Part shown: piece after piece, positions 27,895 through 37,449 of the stretch
Layout: every line of letters starts with the position of its first letter
Position numbering within the stretch: the first letter of the stretch is position 1
Source of the DNA: Patescibacteria group bacterium
Lineage (GTDB): Bacteria; Patescibacteriota; Patescibacteriia; UM-FILTER-42-10
Length of the DNA stretch: 64,000 nt
Reading direction: 5' to 3'
Assembly: GCA_041664365.1 (NCBI GenBank)
Contig: JBAYKW010000001.1
Coordinates: forward strand, 144,862-208,861
Position numbers and translations under genes: made by a program
Notes under the pieces: generated by a model
Told to the model about the DNA's origin: nothing
Databases searched by the model: none
What the model saw: the letters and a program-made list of their open reading frames with translations, nothing else

Positions 27895-28095
27895 ATGACG
27901 GAAGAACCGCTCAAAGAACTGCATGATTTGGATCAACGTGATCCTCTCATCGATGGGGGCATCGAGTTCTGGAAAGGCGAATGGCACGCGGTGCCGCGCG
28001 CCGGAAAGATCTTCATTATTGTCCTTACGGTGGCGTTTATGATGATGTTTGTCCACGACATCTACGTGGAAATCAATCTCCCAGCAGTGCAATAA
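27895..28095 (+). CDS. small hypothetical membrane protein in a locally GC-enriched patch
   Basis: 66 aa with one TM helix. Local GC is ~50% against ~35% in the flanks. Weak call. Confidence 0.2.
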   Translation: MTEEPLKELHDLDQRDPLIDGGIEFWKGEWHAVPRAGKIFIIVLTVAFMMMFVHDIYVEINLPAVQ

Positions 28096-28426
28096 AGAGT
28101 GTCTGAAATGAGCTCTTTTTTTATAGTAAAAATATTTAAATATGGATAATATACTGACGAAAATTATAGAATGACTATTTGTTAGAGACTAAATAAACGC
28201 TAATATTAGAACTATACTACAAATAATTCATATGTATGCATATCCTTATTCTTTACATATATATGACAATTTAGTAAAATTAATAGTGTCTTTTATCATA
28301 AAATTAGCAGTTTTGCATGAATTAAGTAATGATTCAGCTTCAGCAAAAATTATGTAAATAAAATAAATTATAAAAAATTAAAGAATCATTATTACAAATC
28401 AAACTTAATGATTCTAACCAAATTAA

Positions 28427-30718
28427 ATGGTAAAGAACATTACATCTCAAGAATCGAAAAATATATTAATCAAATCTGAGCTTCGTTATCGCAGACTTTT
28501 TGAAACCGCACAGGATGGCATACTATTGGTTGATTATAGCAATGGAATGATTCTGGATGTAAATCCTTACTTAATAAAAATGCTTGGTTACCCCAAGTCT
28601 ATTTTTTTAAAAAAATATCTTTGGGAAATTGGAATTTTTAAAGACATTGCGGCATCTAAAAATAATTTCAAAATACTAAAGAAAAAGAATTATGTCCGCT
28701 TTGAAGATCTACCGCTTGAATCAAAAAATGGAAATAGAGTAGATGTTGAATTTGTCTCTAACGTCTATAAAGTCGGTAATGAAACAATCATTCAGTGCAA
28801 CATACGGAATATCACAGATCGTGTGGATGCGGTAAAGCGCATGAAGGACAGTGAAAGGCAATTCAGGCATCTCTTTGAAAATATGGATAGCGGAGCTATT
28901 ATTTATCGGCCAATAAAAAATGGTAATGATTTTATAATTATAGATTTAAATAAAGCGGTAGAAAAGATAGAAAAAGTTCAAAAAGATAAGATAATTGGTA
29001 AAAGTATTTTGAAAGTATTCCCGGGTATAAAAGATTTCGGTCTTTTTAGTGTTTTGCAAAAAGTATGGAAAACCGGCAGATCAGCACATCATCCAATTTT
29101 GTTTTATCAAGATAAACGAATAACCGGTTGGAGAGAAAATAGGGTCAATAAGCTTCCGAACGGAGATATTTTTACTATCTATAATGATCTTTCCGAGCGT
29201 CGAGAAATGGAGCATCATATCGAAACATCTGAACTTCGATATCGGAGACTTTTCGAAACGGCTAAAGATGGAATTTTGCTATTAGACTTTTATACCGGTA
29301 TGATCATCGATGTGAACCAATATCTGATTGATATGTTAGGGTATCCTAAGTCAGTTTTTTTGAAAAAATATCTTTGGGAGATCGGTACATTTAGAGATAT
29401 AGCAGCTTCAAAAGATAATTTTAAGACACTGCAGAAAAAGAAATATGTCCGCTTTGAAGATCTGCCACTGGTAACAAAAAAAGGAGAAAAGGTGGCGGTT
29501 GAGTTTGTTTCAAATGCCTACAAGGTAGATGGGGAAAAAATTATTCAGTGTAACATTCGTAACATTACAGATCGGAAAAGGGCTCAACAAGAGACGATAG
29601 ATAAAGTAAATGAGATTAGTTTGAGAGATGAGGCAATCTTAGATTCAATCGGAGAGGCTGTCTTTGCGTGTGATCGGAATGGAATAATATTTATCTACAA
29701 CAGAATTGCTGAACAAATGATCGGTGTTTCTGTAAAAAACGCTATTGGTAAACATTACAATAAAATAGTAGATTTTGTTAAAGCAAGTGACGGTAAACCC
29801 GGGGATGATTTTATAAAAAAAGCAATCAAAGAGGATAAAATTACAAGAATGTCTATTAAGACACTTTTAATCAATACCAATGGCGATAAAATACCGGTGC
29901 TGGAGGTTGCTTCGCCAATAAAAGATTTAGCGGATAAAATTGTCGGCACGGTCGTTGTTTTTCATGATGTTACGAAGGAATTTCAAATAGATAAGGCAAA
30001 AACGGAATTTGTTTCACTTGCATCACATCAACTCCGCACTCCCTTAGCCAGTATCAACTGGACCAGCGAAATGCTTCTTAATAACGATTTCGGCAAAATC
30101 TCAGAAAAACAAAAGGAAGGTTTGAAAATAGTTCACAGTTCAGGCAGAAGAATGGCCGTGCTAATTAGCGCGCTTCTGAATGTTTCCAGATTGGAACTTG
30201 GTACTTTTCCCGTTAATTCAAGGCCATTAAAATTAGCAAAAATCTGTGATGAAGTGCTGGAAGAATTACGTGAAGATACTAGATCAAAGCAAATCAAGAT
30301 CGTGAAAGAATATTTTAAAGGTGAATTTCAGATTAATGCCGATCCAATTCTTTTGAAAATTATATGCCAGAATATAATTGCTAATGCTATTCGTTACTCG
30401 AAATCACAATCAGAAGTTACTATTAAAATTGATAAAGATAAATATAATATTTTACTGAGTGTCAGTGATCATGGGATTGGTATTCCAAAAGAAGAACAAG
30501 TAAAAGTATTTACTAAATTGTTCCGCGCGAGTAACGCTCAGCAAATGGAGACAGATGGTACTGGATTAGGGCTATATATTGTAAAATCAATTTTGGATTC
30601 AACTGGTGGTAAGATTTGGTTTAGTTCCGTGCTAGGTAATGGTTCTAAATTTTATGTGTCAATTCCACTGACTGGCATGCTATCTAAAAAGGGGACCAAA
30701 CCACTCGAAATTTTATAA
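28427..30718 (+). CDS. multi-PAS sensor histidine kinase (HisKA plus HATPase_c)
   Basis: PAS repeats (LFETA.DGILL.D...NIRNITDR), H-box FVSLASHQLRTPL, and N/G-boxes in the C-terminal ATPase. Confidence 0.85.
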   Translation: MVKNITSQESKNILIKSELRYRRLFETAQDGILLVDYSNGMILDVNPYLIKMLGYPKSIFLKKYLWEIGIFKDIAASKNNFKILKKKNYVRFEDLPLESKNGNRVDVEFVSNVYKVGNETIIQCNIRNITDRVDAVKRMKDSERQFRHLFENMDSGAIIYRPIKNGNDFIIIDLNKAVEKIEKVQKDKIIGKSILKVFPGIKDFGLFSVLQKVWKTGRSAHHPILFYQDKRITGWRENRVNKLPNGDIFTIYNDLSERREMEHHIETSELRYRRLFETAKDGILLLDFYTGMIIDVNQYLIDMLGYPKSVFLKKYLWEIGTFRDIAASKDNFKTLQKKKYVRFEDLPLVTKKGEKVAVEFVSNAYKVDGEKIIQCNIRNITDRKRAQQETIDKVNEISLRDEAILDSIGEAVFACDRNGIIFIYNRIAEQMIGVSVKNAIGKHYNKIVDFVKASDGKPGDDFIKKAIKEDKITRMSIKTLLINTNGDKIPVLEVASPIKDLADKIVGTVVVFHDVTKEFQIDKAKTEFVSLASHQLRTPLASINWTSEMLLNNDFGKISEKQKEGLKIVHSSGRRMAVLISALLNVSRLELGTFPVNSRPLKLAKICDEVLEELREDTRSKQIKIVKEYFKGEFQINADPILLKIICQNIIANAIRYSKSQSEVTIKIDKDKYNILLSVSDHGIGIPKEEQVKVFTKLFRASNAQQMETDGTGLGLYIVKSILDSTGGKIWFSSVLGNGSKFYVSIPLTGMLSKKGTKPLEIL
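28465..28823 (+). repeat. PAS-domain coding repeat copy A (intragenic tandem duplication; partner at 29227-29575)
   Basis: SELRYRRLFETAQDGILLVDYSNGMILDVNPYLIKMLGYPKSIFLKKYLWEIG... is nearly repeated as SELRYRRLFETAKDGILLLDFYTGMIIDVNQYLIDMLGYPKSVFLKKYLWEIG... Confidence 0.7.
29227..29575 (+). repeat. PAS-domain coding repeat copy B
   Basis: See copy A. About 80% nucleotide identity over ~350 bp by eye. Confidence 0.7.
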
Positions 30719-30757
30719 CAAAATAAATTTAAATATTAGAACAACTATTTCACACCT

Positions 30758-31141
30758 ATGACAAATACAAAAAAGAAACTACTAATTATAGAAGATGATG
30801 AGGCAATCCTTTTTTCTTTAAAGAAAAAACTTGAATTAATACCAGAAATTCAGATTTTTAGTGCTTTGAATGGTGAGGAAGGGTTAAAGATTGCAATCGA
30901 TGAAACACCGGACCTGATATTATTGGATATTGTATTGCCAAAAATGAATGGTTTAGAGATGCTGAAAAAATTTCGGCAGAAAAATCCATCGAAAGATGTA
31001 AAAGTGATTATTTTGTCAAATCTTTCTAATACCAATGTGGAAGCAGAAGCAGTGGAGTTAGGAGTGAAAATGTATATAATTAAGGCGGACTGGAAGCTCG
31101 AGGATGTAATAACCAAGGTTAAAGAGAGTCTGGAAATATAA
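30758..31141 (+). CDS. stand-alone response-regulator receiver (CheY-like REC) protein
   Basis: LLIIEDDE...DLILLDIVLPKMNGLEML...K carries the conserved Asp pocket and phospho-acceptor. Confidence 0.8.
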   Translation: MTNTKKKLLIIEDDEAILFSLKKKLELIPEIQIFSALNGEEGLKIAIDETPDLILLDIVLPKMNGLEMLKKFRQKNPSKDVKVIILSNLSNTNVEAEAVELGVKMYIIKADWKLEDVITKVKESLEI

Positions 31142-31236
31142 TAGTATATTTCAAAATGATAATCTTAATTATCAATGATTTTTGTGATTAATAATATATC
31201 TAGGTAAAAATTTGTATAGTAATTTATCATAATAAA

Positions 31237-31866
31237 ATGACAATTTGGAATAATATATATAGCGATTATCAAAAAGGTGGGGAGGCTTGGGCGAGTTTAA
31301 AAGAAAGTCTGCTTCCACGTTTTGTCACTTTCGTTCAGAATAATGAATTTAATGAAAAAAGTGCTTTTGATATCGGAGTTGGCACAGGAAAATATTTGGC
31401 TTATCTGAAGAATTTAGGATTTGCAATCGCCGGAATTGATTCAAGTGAGGTTGCTGTTGAGATGACCAAAAAAGTTTTGGACAGTGATACAAATGTGCTG
31501 TGCGTTAACATGTATGAATATGAAATTCCGGAAAATAGATATGATTTTATATTTTCAATTTCTACAATATATCATGGCACAAAGAAGGAAGTAATAAGCC
31601 TGTTAGATCAAATTTATTATAAAATTATGCCTGGAGGCAAGATATTTATAACTCTGCCGGATACGGCAAGTAGCAAAAATTGGAAAACATTTAAAGAGAG
31701 TAAAGAAACATCTCCCGGAACATATATCCCTCAAACCGGACCGGAAAAAGGTTTACCACACAGTTTTTTTTCAGCGCAGGAAATTAGTAATATTTTTTCG
31801 AAATTTAGTAAAGTTGAATTTGAGTTAGGAGACAAAGGGAAATGGTGTATCATGGGGCAGAAGTAG
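31237..31866 (+). CDS. class I SAM-dependent methyltransferase (Methyltransf_11/23-like)
   Basis: FDIGVGTGKYLAYLKNLGFAIAGIDSS is a motif I glycine loop with an acidic motif II. Confidence 0.65.
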   Translation: MTIWNNIYSDYQKGGEAWASLKESLLPRFVTFVQNNEFNEKSAFDIGVGTGKYLAYLKNLGFAIAGIDSSEVAVEMTKKVLDSDTNVLCVNMYEYEIPENRYDFIFSISTIYHGTKKEVISLLDQIYYKIMPGGKIFITLPDTASSKNWKTFKESKETSPGTYIPQTGPEKGLPHSFFSAQEISNIFSKFSKVEFELGDKGKWCIMGQK

Positions 31867-32023
31867 TTATCAAGTTTGAATAAAGTATTATCTTTGCGAC
31901 AAACTTATCAAAATGCTTGTCTATGGTGGCAATAAAAAAACAAGCTGTGAAAACAGCTAAGGGTGATGGTAAGATATACCGTGAATTGAAAAATAGTTTT
32001 ATTAAGTCAATTATCAAAAATAA

Positions 32024-32530
32024 CTAAAGGATATTGTCATCCTGCGGATCGCGGGTTTTTTTGACCATCTTGTCGATAAAAAGTATGCCATTCAGGTGGT
32101 CAACCTCGTGCTGGATTACTCTGGCGAGCAAACCTTCCGCCTTAATTGTAAATAACTTTCCAGTGCTGTCCAAGGCATTGGCCTTAATTTTTTTTGATCG
32201 CTTAACCATGCCAAAAATTCCTGGTACACTGAGGCATCCTTCTTCAGCAATCTCGGTGCGGATCGATTTTATTATAATTTTCGGATTGATCATCACCAAT
32301 GGTTTATCTTTATGATTGATAATAATCATCTGAATTGATTCGCCGACCTGCGGGGCGGCGATACCAATCCCGTCCTCTTGAATCATAGTTTCTGTAAGTA
32401 TTGGGATCAGTTTCTGAATAGCTGCATCTAGCGGATTTTTGATTGTTTCCGCTTTTTTTCTCAATATTGGACTAGGGTTGATAACAATGGGTAGAGTTGG
32501 CATTTGATTGAAATATTGGTAATTTTGCAC
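32024..32530 (-). CDS. def: peptide deformylase
   Basis: GIGIAAPQVG, EGCLSVPG and HEVDHLNG are the three PDF motifs. Confidence 0.85.
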   Translation of the reverse strand: MQNYQYFNQMPTLPIVINPSPILRKKAETIKNPLDAAIQKLIPILTETMIQEDGIGIAAPQVGESIQMIIINHKDKPLVMINPKIIIKSIRTEIAEEGCLSVPGIFGMVKRSKKIKANALDSTGKLFTIKAEGLLARVIQHEVDHLNGILFIDKMVKKTRDPQDDNIL

Positions 32531-32664
32531 AAATCACGGGTTATAAGTATAATTAGACTACCGCATGTTTGCAAAATGTGCAAATTTGCCTGAATTTAGA
32601 TTTTAGAGTACTGCTTGGCTAGAGGCAGGCTCAATAAATATTAAACTGTAGAGAATTAATCTAT

Positions 32665-33498
32665 TTGAGCAACTTGTTACCCGGAATCATCATGTCATTT
32701 CGGGAGGGGCTGGAGGCATTTTTAATCCTAATATTGATATTCAGATTTTTAACAAAAACTGAAAATCAACATTTAAATCGAAGCGTTATCTATGGCTTTA
32801 TATCCAGTATCGTCTTTTCTTTAGTTTTCGGGGGGCTACTGTTTATTATCGGATCACAGTTCGATAACCTGGATGAAATCGGTAAGGTATGGGAAAGCAT
32901 AATCAGCATTGTAGCTGTCGGATTTGTTACGTCGTTTATTATCTGGATGATACGTCATGGCGACGGTATAAAAAGTTATGTAGAAAGCAAAACGGCTTTC
33001 AGACTTACAAAAAAGGGGATATACATTATATCGTTTGTGCTGGTGGGTAGAGAGGGTGTGGAAATCGCGTTATTCTCATTTGCCGGTCAGTACCATTACT
33101 TATCAGTTGTCATCGGAATATTCCTTGCTATGATTGTTGCGCTGGGAATATTCTTCTCACTGTTTAGGATAAATATTTCTGTTTTATTTAAAATCACACT
33201 CCTTTATATAATTATTCAGGTTGGTTATTTATTGGGATATGGAATCCACGAGGGATTATCGGCACTTAATTCCACCGGTTACCTGGAATCAAATAGCTTC
33301 CTGCTGACCAAAGCATATGATATGTCAAATACTGTTTTGAATCACAAGGAAGGTATAATCGGATTGCCCTTGAATATTCTGGTCGGTTGGTATTCCAAAC
33401 CGGAATGGACCCAGTTATTTGCACAATATACATTTACAATCTACCTATTACTCTACTGGTTAAGTTACAATCGGAAAAAATCGAAATTAAGCGTATAA
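32665..33498 (+). CDS. FTR1/EfeU-family iron permease-like membrane protein
   Basis: Two REXXE motifs (REGLEAF, REGVEIAL) within a 7-TM protein. Confidence 0.55.
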   Translation: MSNLLPGIIMSFREGLEAFLILILIFRFLTKTENQHLNRSVIYGFISSIVFSLVFGGLLFIIGSQFDNLDEIGKVWESIISIVAVGFVTSFIIWMIRHGDGIKSYVESKTAFRLTKKGIYIISFVLVGREGVEIALFSFAGQYHYLSVVIGIFLAMIVALGIFFSLFRINISVLFKITLLYIIIQVGYLLGYGIHEGLSALNSTGYLESNSFLLTKAYDMSNTVLNHKEGIIGLPLNILVGWYSKPEWTQLFAQYTFTIYLLLYWLSYNRKKSKLSV

Positions 33499-33580
33499 TG
33501 GTATAATATGATAATATAAAGATATTAAACTATTCTTTAGTATTGTAATAATTTATTGAAAATCAGGCATTTCTCATAAT

Positions 33581-34138
33581 ATGAAATTTCCAAAAAATTC
33601 GAAAAAGGTATTTACAGGAAAAATATTCAGTGTATATCAATGGCGCCAGAAGATGTATGACGGGACGTATAAGATATTTGAAGGTGCCTATCGAAAGGCA
33701 ACTGTTGATATTATTGCAACGGTTGGTGATAAAATAATCGTACTGAAGCAGGAACAGCCAACTAAACCGCTTTTTCCGTCGCTTCCGGGTGGTGGTATTG
33801 AAAGCGGCCAAACTGCTTTACAAACCGTAAAAAGGGAACTGCTGGAAGAAACCGGGTTTGCTGCAAAAAAAATTATTAAATATAAATATTTTGAAGGAAC
33901 TCCCAAGATAATATTTCATCAGTTTGTTTTTATAGCCAAAGAATGTGCCAAAGTTTCCGATCAGCATCTGGATAGCGGTGAAAGAATTACAGTTACTTTT
34001 AAAACCTTTGATCAGTTTTTGCAGCTTTGCCGTGACGAACGTTTTACCGCAGTACTCGGCCTACGATTTATAATGTATGAAGCACTTTTGGATCGGAAAA
34101 AATATATGGAATTGAAAAAAGTGATATTCAAAAAATAG
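33581..34138 (+). CDS. Nudix hydrolase (ADP-ribose pyrophosphatase-like)
   Basis: Nudix box GGGIESGQTALQTVKRELLEETGF. Confidence 0.7.
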   Translation: MKFPKNSKKVFTGKIFSVYQWRQKMYDGTYKIFEGAYRKATVDIIATVGDKIIVLKQEQPTKPLFPSLPGGGIESGQTALQTVKRELLEETGFAAKKIIKYKYFEGTPKIIFHQFVFIAKECAKVSDQHLDSGERITVTFKTFDQFLQLCRDERFTAVLGLRFIMYEALLDRKKYMELKKVIFKK

Positions 34139-34148
34139 ACGAAAACTT

Positions 34149-34604
34149 ATGCCCAAGAGAGACTATTACCACATATCTTTAAAGCTGATTTTAAAAAATG
34201 AAAAAGACGAAGTTTTGGTATTGGGTTCAGACCCGAAAGGGAGTCTGTTAGGCAAATATGATTTGCCCGGCGGTAGAATTGACGAGTCGGAATTTAGTAC
34301 TCCCTATGAGCAAATTATCAGACGCGAAGTTTCCGAGGAAGTCGGTAATATTGAATTATCACTAAATCAAAAGCCGGTCGCCATCGGTCGCCATTTAATT
34401 CCGAAAAAATTAACGAGTGAGAATAAGGATATTCACATCATGTATATATTTTTTGAAGCAAAAATGATCAGTGGCAACATACAGATCAGTTCAGAACATA
34501 ATGGATATAAATGGGTTAAACTTGGCGAGAATGATCCCGCTGACTATTTCACATCCGGTATTTTGGAAGGAATAAATATGTATCTATCTAATTCTAATAA
34601 ATAA
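34149..34604 (+). CDS. Nudix hydrolase
   Basis: Nudix box GGRIDESEFSTPYEQIIRREVSEEVG. Confidence 0.65.
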   Translation: MPKRDYYHISLKLILKNEKDEVLVLGSDPKGSLLGKYDLPGGRIDESEFSTPYEQIIRREVSEEVGNIELSLNQKPVAIGRHLIPKKLTSENKDIHIMYIFFEAKMISGNIQISSEHNGYKWVKLGENDPADYFTSGILEGINMYLSNSNK

Positions 34605-34612
34605 TTTATAAA

Positions 34613-35053
34613 ATGAAGATCAAAGTCATTTGCGGTGCCGTGGTTGTAAAAGATAATAAATTTGTGATAGTCCAGGAAGCACAAGGTCTCGTGCGCGGTC
34701 TGTGGAATATTCCGGCCGGCCATCTGGATGACGAAGAGGATCTTAAAAGTGCGGCTGTACGAGAGGTGAAAGAGGAGACGGGTCTGGATGTTAAACTGGA
34801 AGGTCTGATTGGCATTTACCAACATAAAAGCTTGCATGGCAATAATGTCGTTGGCTTTTATTTCAAAGCGTCTGTACTAGGCGGTGAGCTGTTAATTAAT
34901 CCTGTTGAAATCCTTGATTCCAAATGGGTAACTTTTGAGGAGTTTTTGAATTACCCAGAAAATATTGTCCGAGCGCTACTGTTGAAAACAGTCATCAAAG
35001 ACTATTTGGATCATGGCTCTGTTGATAATAGAATAAATAGCGGAATTAATTAG
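34613..35053 (+). CDS. Nudix hydrolase
   Basis: Nudix box AGHLDDEEDLKSAAVREVKEETGL. Confidence 0.7.
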   Translation: MKIKVICGAVVVKDNKFVIVQEAQGLVRGLWNIPAGHLDDEEDLKSAAVREVKEETGLDVKLEGLIGIYQHKSLHGNNVVGFYFKASVLGGELLINPVEILDSKWVTFEEFLNYPENIVRALLLKTVIKDYLDHGSVDNRINSGIN

Positions 35054-35117
35054 TAACCTGTTAACATTGACAGCTAGATTTAGTTGATATATACTTGATA
35101 TGTTAAGTAAATATTAA

Positions 35118-35555
35118 TTGACCATTATGACAACAGTAAATCCTTCGCTAAAACTATTTATTAATTTATCCCGTGTTCTGACCGAAAACAGCCGTAGATT
35201 CAACGGCGGACTGGACGGAATAGGATTTAACGAATTTGTGATACTTTTTCATTTGAACCAAGCGGAAGGTGCTAAAATGCGCCGGATTGATTTGGCTGAA
35301 AAAATGGGTCTGACCGCGTCCGGCGTGACCAGAATTCTGGCACCAATGGAGAAAATAGGACTGGTGAAAAGAGAAGCTTCAACCGGTGATGCCCGCGTAA
35401 GTTTTGTAGCTATAACTACAAGCGGGCAACGCAATTTAAAAGAGACTCTAGTCCATTCGGAACCGTTTTTTGAGGAGATATTTCCAAGCGAGAAATTGAA
35501 AAAAATTTCCGGTCTATCAGATTTACTGATCGAACTGGGTGGGGCGGTTAAATAA
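35118..35555 (+). CDS. MarR-family transcriptional regulator
   Basis: NEFVILFHLNQAEGAKMRRIDLAEKMGLTASGVTRILAPMEKIGLVKRE is a winged HTH of MarR type. Confidence 0.7.
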   Translation: MTIMTTVNPSLKLFINLSRVLTENSRRFNGGLDGIGFNEFVILFHLNQAEGAKMRRIDLAEKMGLTASGVTRILAPMEKIGLVKREASTGDARVSFVAITTSGQRNLKETLVHSEPFFEEIFPSEKLKKISGLSDLLIELGGAVK

Positions 35556-35587
35556 TATTATTAGCTAATTAGCATTATTGTTAAAAC

Positions 35588-36523
35588 ATGAAAAAAATCA
35601 TTGTCACCGGTGCAACCGGGCAAATCGGGTCGGAACTTGTGGATGAGTTAAGAAAAAAGTACGGCAAGGATCAAGTCGTTGCTGTCGGCCATTCCAAACC
35701 TAAAGCGGGCGACGACAATAGCGGACCGTTTGAAAGTGTGGATGTAACAAATAAACAAGCATTGGATGAATTGGTAAAAAAGCATGAGCCGGATACAATT
35801 TTTCATTTGGTTGGAATATTGTCGGCTACCGGAGAGAAAAATCCGGAATTAGCCTGGAATGTAAACATGGGTGGTCTGAAAAACGTCCTGGATATTTCTA
35901 TCGCCCGCGGAGTGAAACATGTTTTTTGGCCAAGTTCAATTGCAGCGTTCGGACCGACTACGCCCCGCGATTTTACTCCTCAGCATACAATTTTAGAACC
36001 GACCACAATATACGGTGTAACAAAGGTTGCCGGGGAACTTTTGTGCCAGTACTATTTTAAAAAATTTGCACTGGATATCCGCAGTCTGCGCTACCCGGGG
36101 TTAATTAGCTATAAAACCCCTCCGGGTGGAGGCACGACAGATTACGCAGTGGCAATATATTTTGATGCAATAAAAAATAAAACATATGATTGTTTTGTCG
36201 GACCGGATACTGTCCTGCCAATGATGTACATGGCTGACGGTGTCCGTGCAACGATAGAATTAATGGAGGCTCCGGCGGAAAATATCAAGGTGCGTACAAG
36301 TTACAACCTTACTGCTATGAGTTTTTCTGCGGAAGAGCTGGCAGAGTCAGTCGCCAAGCACATTCCTGATTTTGTATGTACATACAATCCGGATGAACGT
36401 CAGAAAATAGCTGACTCGTGGCCGAAATCGATAGATGACAGCGCTGCCAGAGCGGATTGGGGTTGGAAACATGAATTTGATCTGGATAGGATGACGGCTG
36501 ACATGCTTAAAAATGTGAAATAA
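35588..36523 (+). CDS. NAD-dependent epimerase/dehydratase family protein (L-threonine 3-dehydrogenase-like extended SDR)
   Basis: TGATGQIGSEL Rossmann motif and YGVTKVAGELL (YxxxK). Overall resembles short-chain-type L-threonine dehydrogenases. Confidence 0.7.
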   Translation: MKKIIVTGATGQIGSELVDELRKKYGKDQVVAVGHSKPKAGDDNSGPFESVDVTNKQALDELVKKHEPDTIFHLVGILSATGEKNPELAWNVNMGGLKNVLDISIARGVKHVFWPSSIAAFGPTTPRDFTPQHTILEPTTIYGVTKVAGELLCQYYFKKFALDIRSLRYPGLISYKTPPGGGTTDYAVAIYFDAIKNKTYDCFVGPDTVLPMMYMADGVRATIELMEAPAENIKVRTSYNLTAMSFSAEELAESVAKHIPDFVCTYNPDERQKIADSWPKSIDDSAARADWGWKHEFDLDRMTADMLKNVK

Positions 36524-36584
36524 TTATTGATTATTAATCAAAATTTATAAGGATTAATTTTCTAGGAAGGTCTAGTCATAATTT

Positions 36585-36947
36585 ATGAAGGATTTTAAAA
36601 CGATTAATGATTACATCAAATCGTTTCCGGAAAGTACGCAAGTGCTGCTAAAGAAGATGAGAAAGACAATTACGGAGGCCGCGCCCACCGCAGATGAAGC
36701 AATAAGATATGGCATGCCAACATTCAGGCTTAATGACAGAAATCTGGTACATTTTGCTGGGTATGCCAAGCATATTGGTTTTTATCCGGCGCCGAGCGGT
36801 ATTATTGCATTCAAAAAGGAATTATTTAATTTCAAAACTTCCAAAGGCGCAATTCAGTTTCCGATTAGTGAAGAACTACCACTTGCTCTGATAAAAAAGA
36901 TTGTAAAATATCGAGTAAAAGAGAATGCAGGACGAATAAAGAAGTAA
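36585..36947 (+). CDS. DUF1801 (YdhG-like) domain protein
   Basis: INDYIKSFPESTQVLLKKMRKTI...YGMPTF...LVHFAGYAKHIGFYP is the typical DUF1801 pattern. Confidence 0.5.
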   Translation: MKDFKTINDYIKSFPESTQVLLKKMRKTITEAAPTADEAIRYGMPTFRLNDRNLVHFAGYAKHIGFYPAPSGIIAFKKELFNFKTSKGAIQFPISEELPLALIKKIVKYRVKENAGRIKK

Positions 36948-36958
36948 AAGAAAGATAC

Positions 36959-37447
36959 ATGATAAAAGCAATTGTCAGTGATTTTTCCAGGGTAGTGTTA
37001 CTACCGAATGATGAAACCTATACCGGGGGTCTTAATGCGTTGCATAAAAAATTATCCAAAGACGGGGAATATGATTTTTGGAATTACTTCCGATTAAACA
37101 GTGATTTAGTTGATTTTTACAAATCTATCAGTAGTAAAGTTGATGTATATATTTTTACAAAAGGATATATCCAAGAATACCCTGTATTGAAAGAAAAAAT
37201 TAGAGGAAGTTTTAAGAATATTTTTAGCGCCTCAGAATTAGGAATAAAAAAAGATAACGACGAATCATATCGGATAATTGCGGATCTAATTAAAATTGAG
37301 CCAGAACAAGTAATTTATATCGACGACAATCAGGATAATTTAAATTCAGCAAAAAAAGCAGGTATGCACGTAATTTGCTATAATTCAAATGAACAGGTGA
37401 TCAATAGTATTAGTGAGGAACTAAAATTAAACATTAATAAAAATTAA
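36959..37447 (+). CDS. HAD-like hydrolase
   Basis: C-terminal IYIDDNQDNLNSAKKAGMHVI (motif III/IV). The N-terminal motif is degenerate. Confidence 0.45.
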   Translation: MIKAIVSDFSRVVLLPNDETYTGGLNALHKKLSKDGEYDFWNYFRLNSDLVDFYKSISSKVDVYIFTKGYIQEYPVLKEKIRGSFKNIFSASELGIKKDNDESYRIIADLIKIEPEQVIYIDDNQDNLNSAKKAGMHVICYNSNEQVINSISEELKLNINKN

Positions 37448-37449
37448 AT

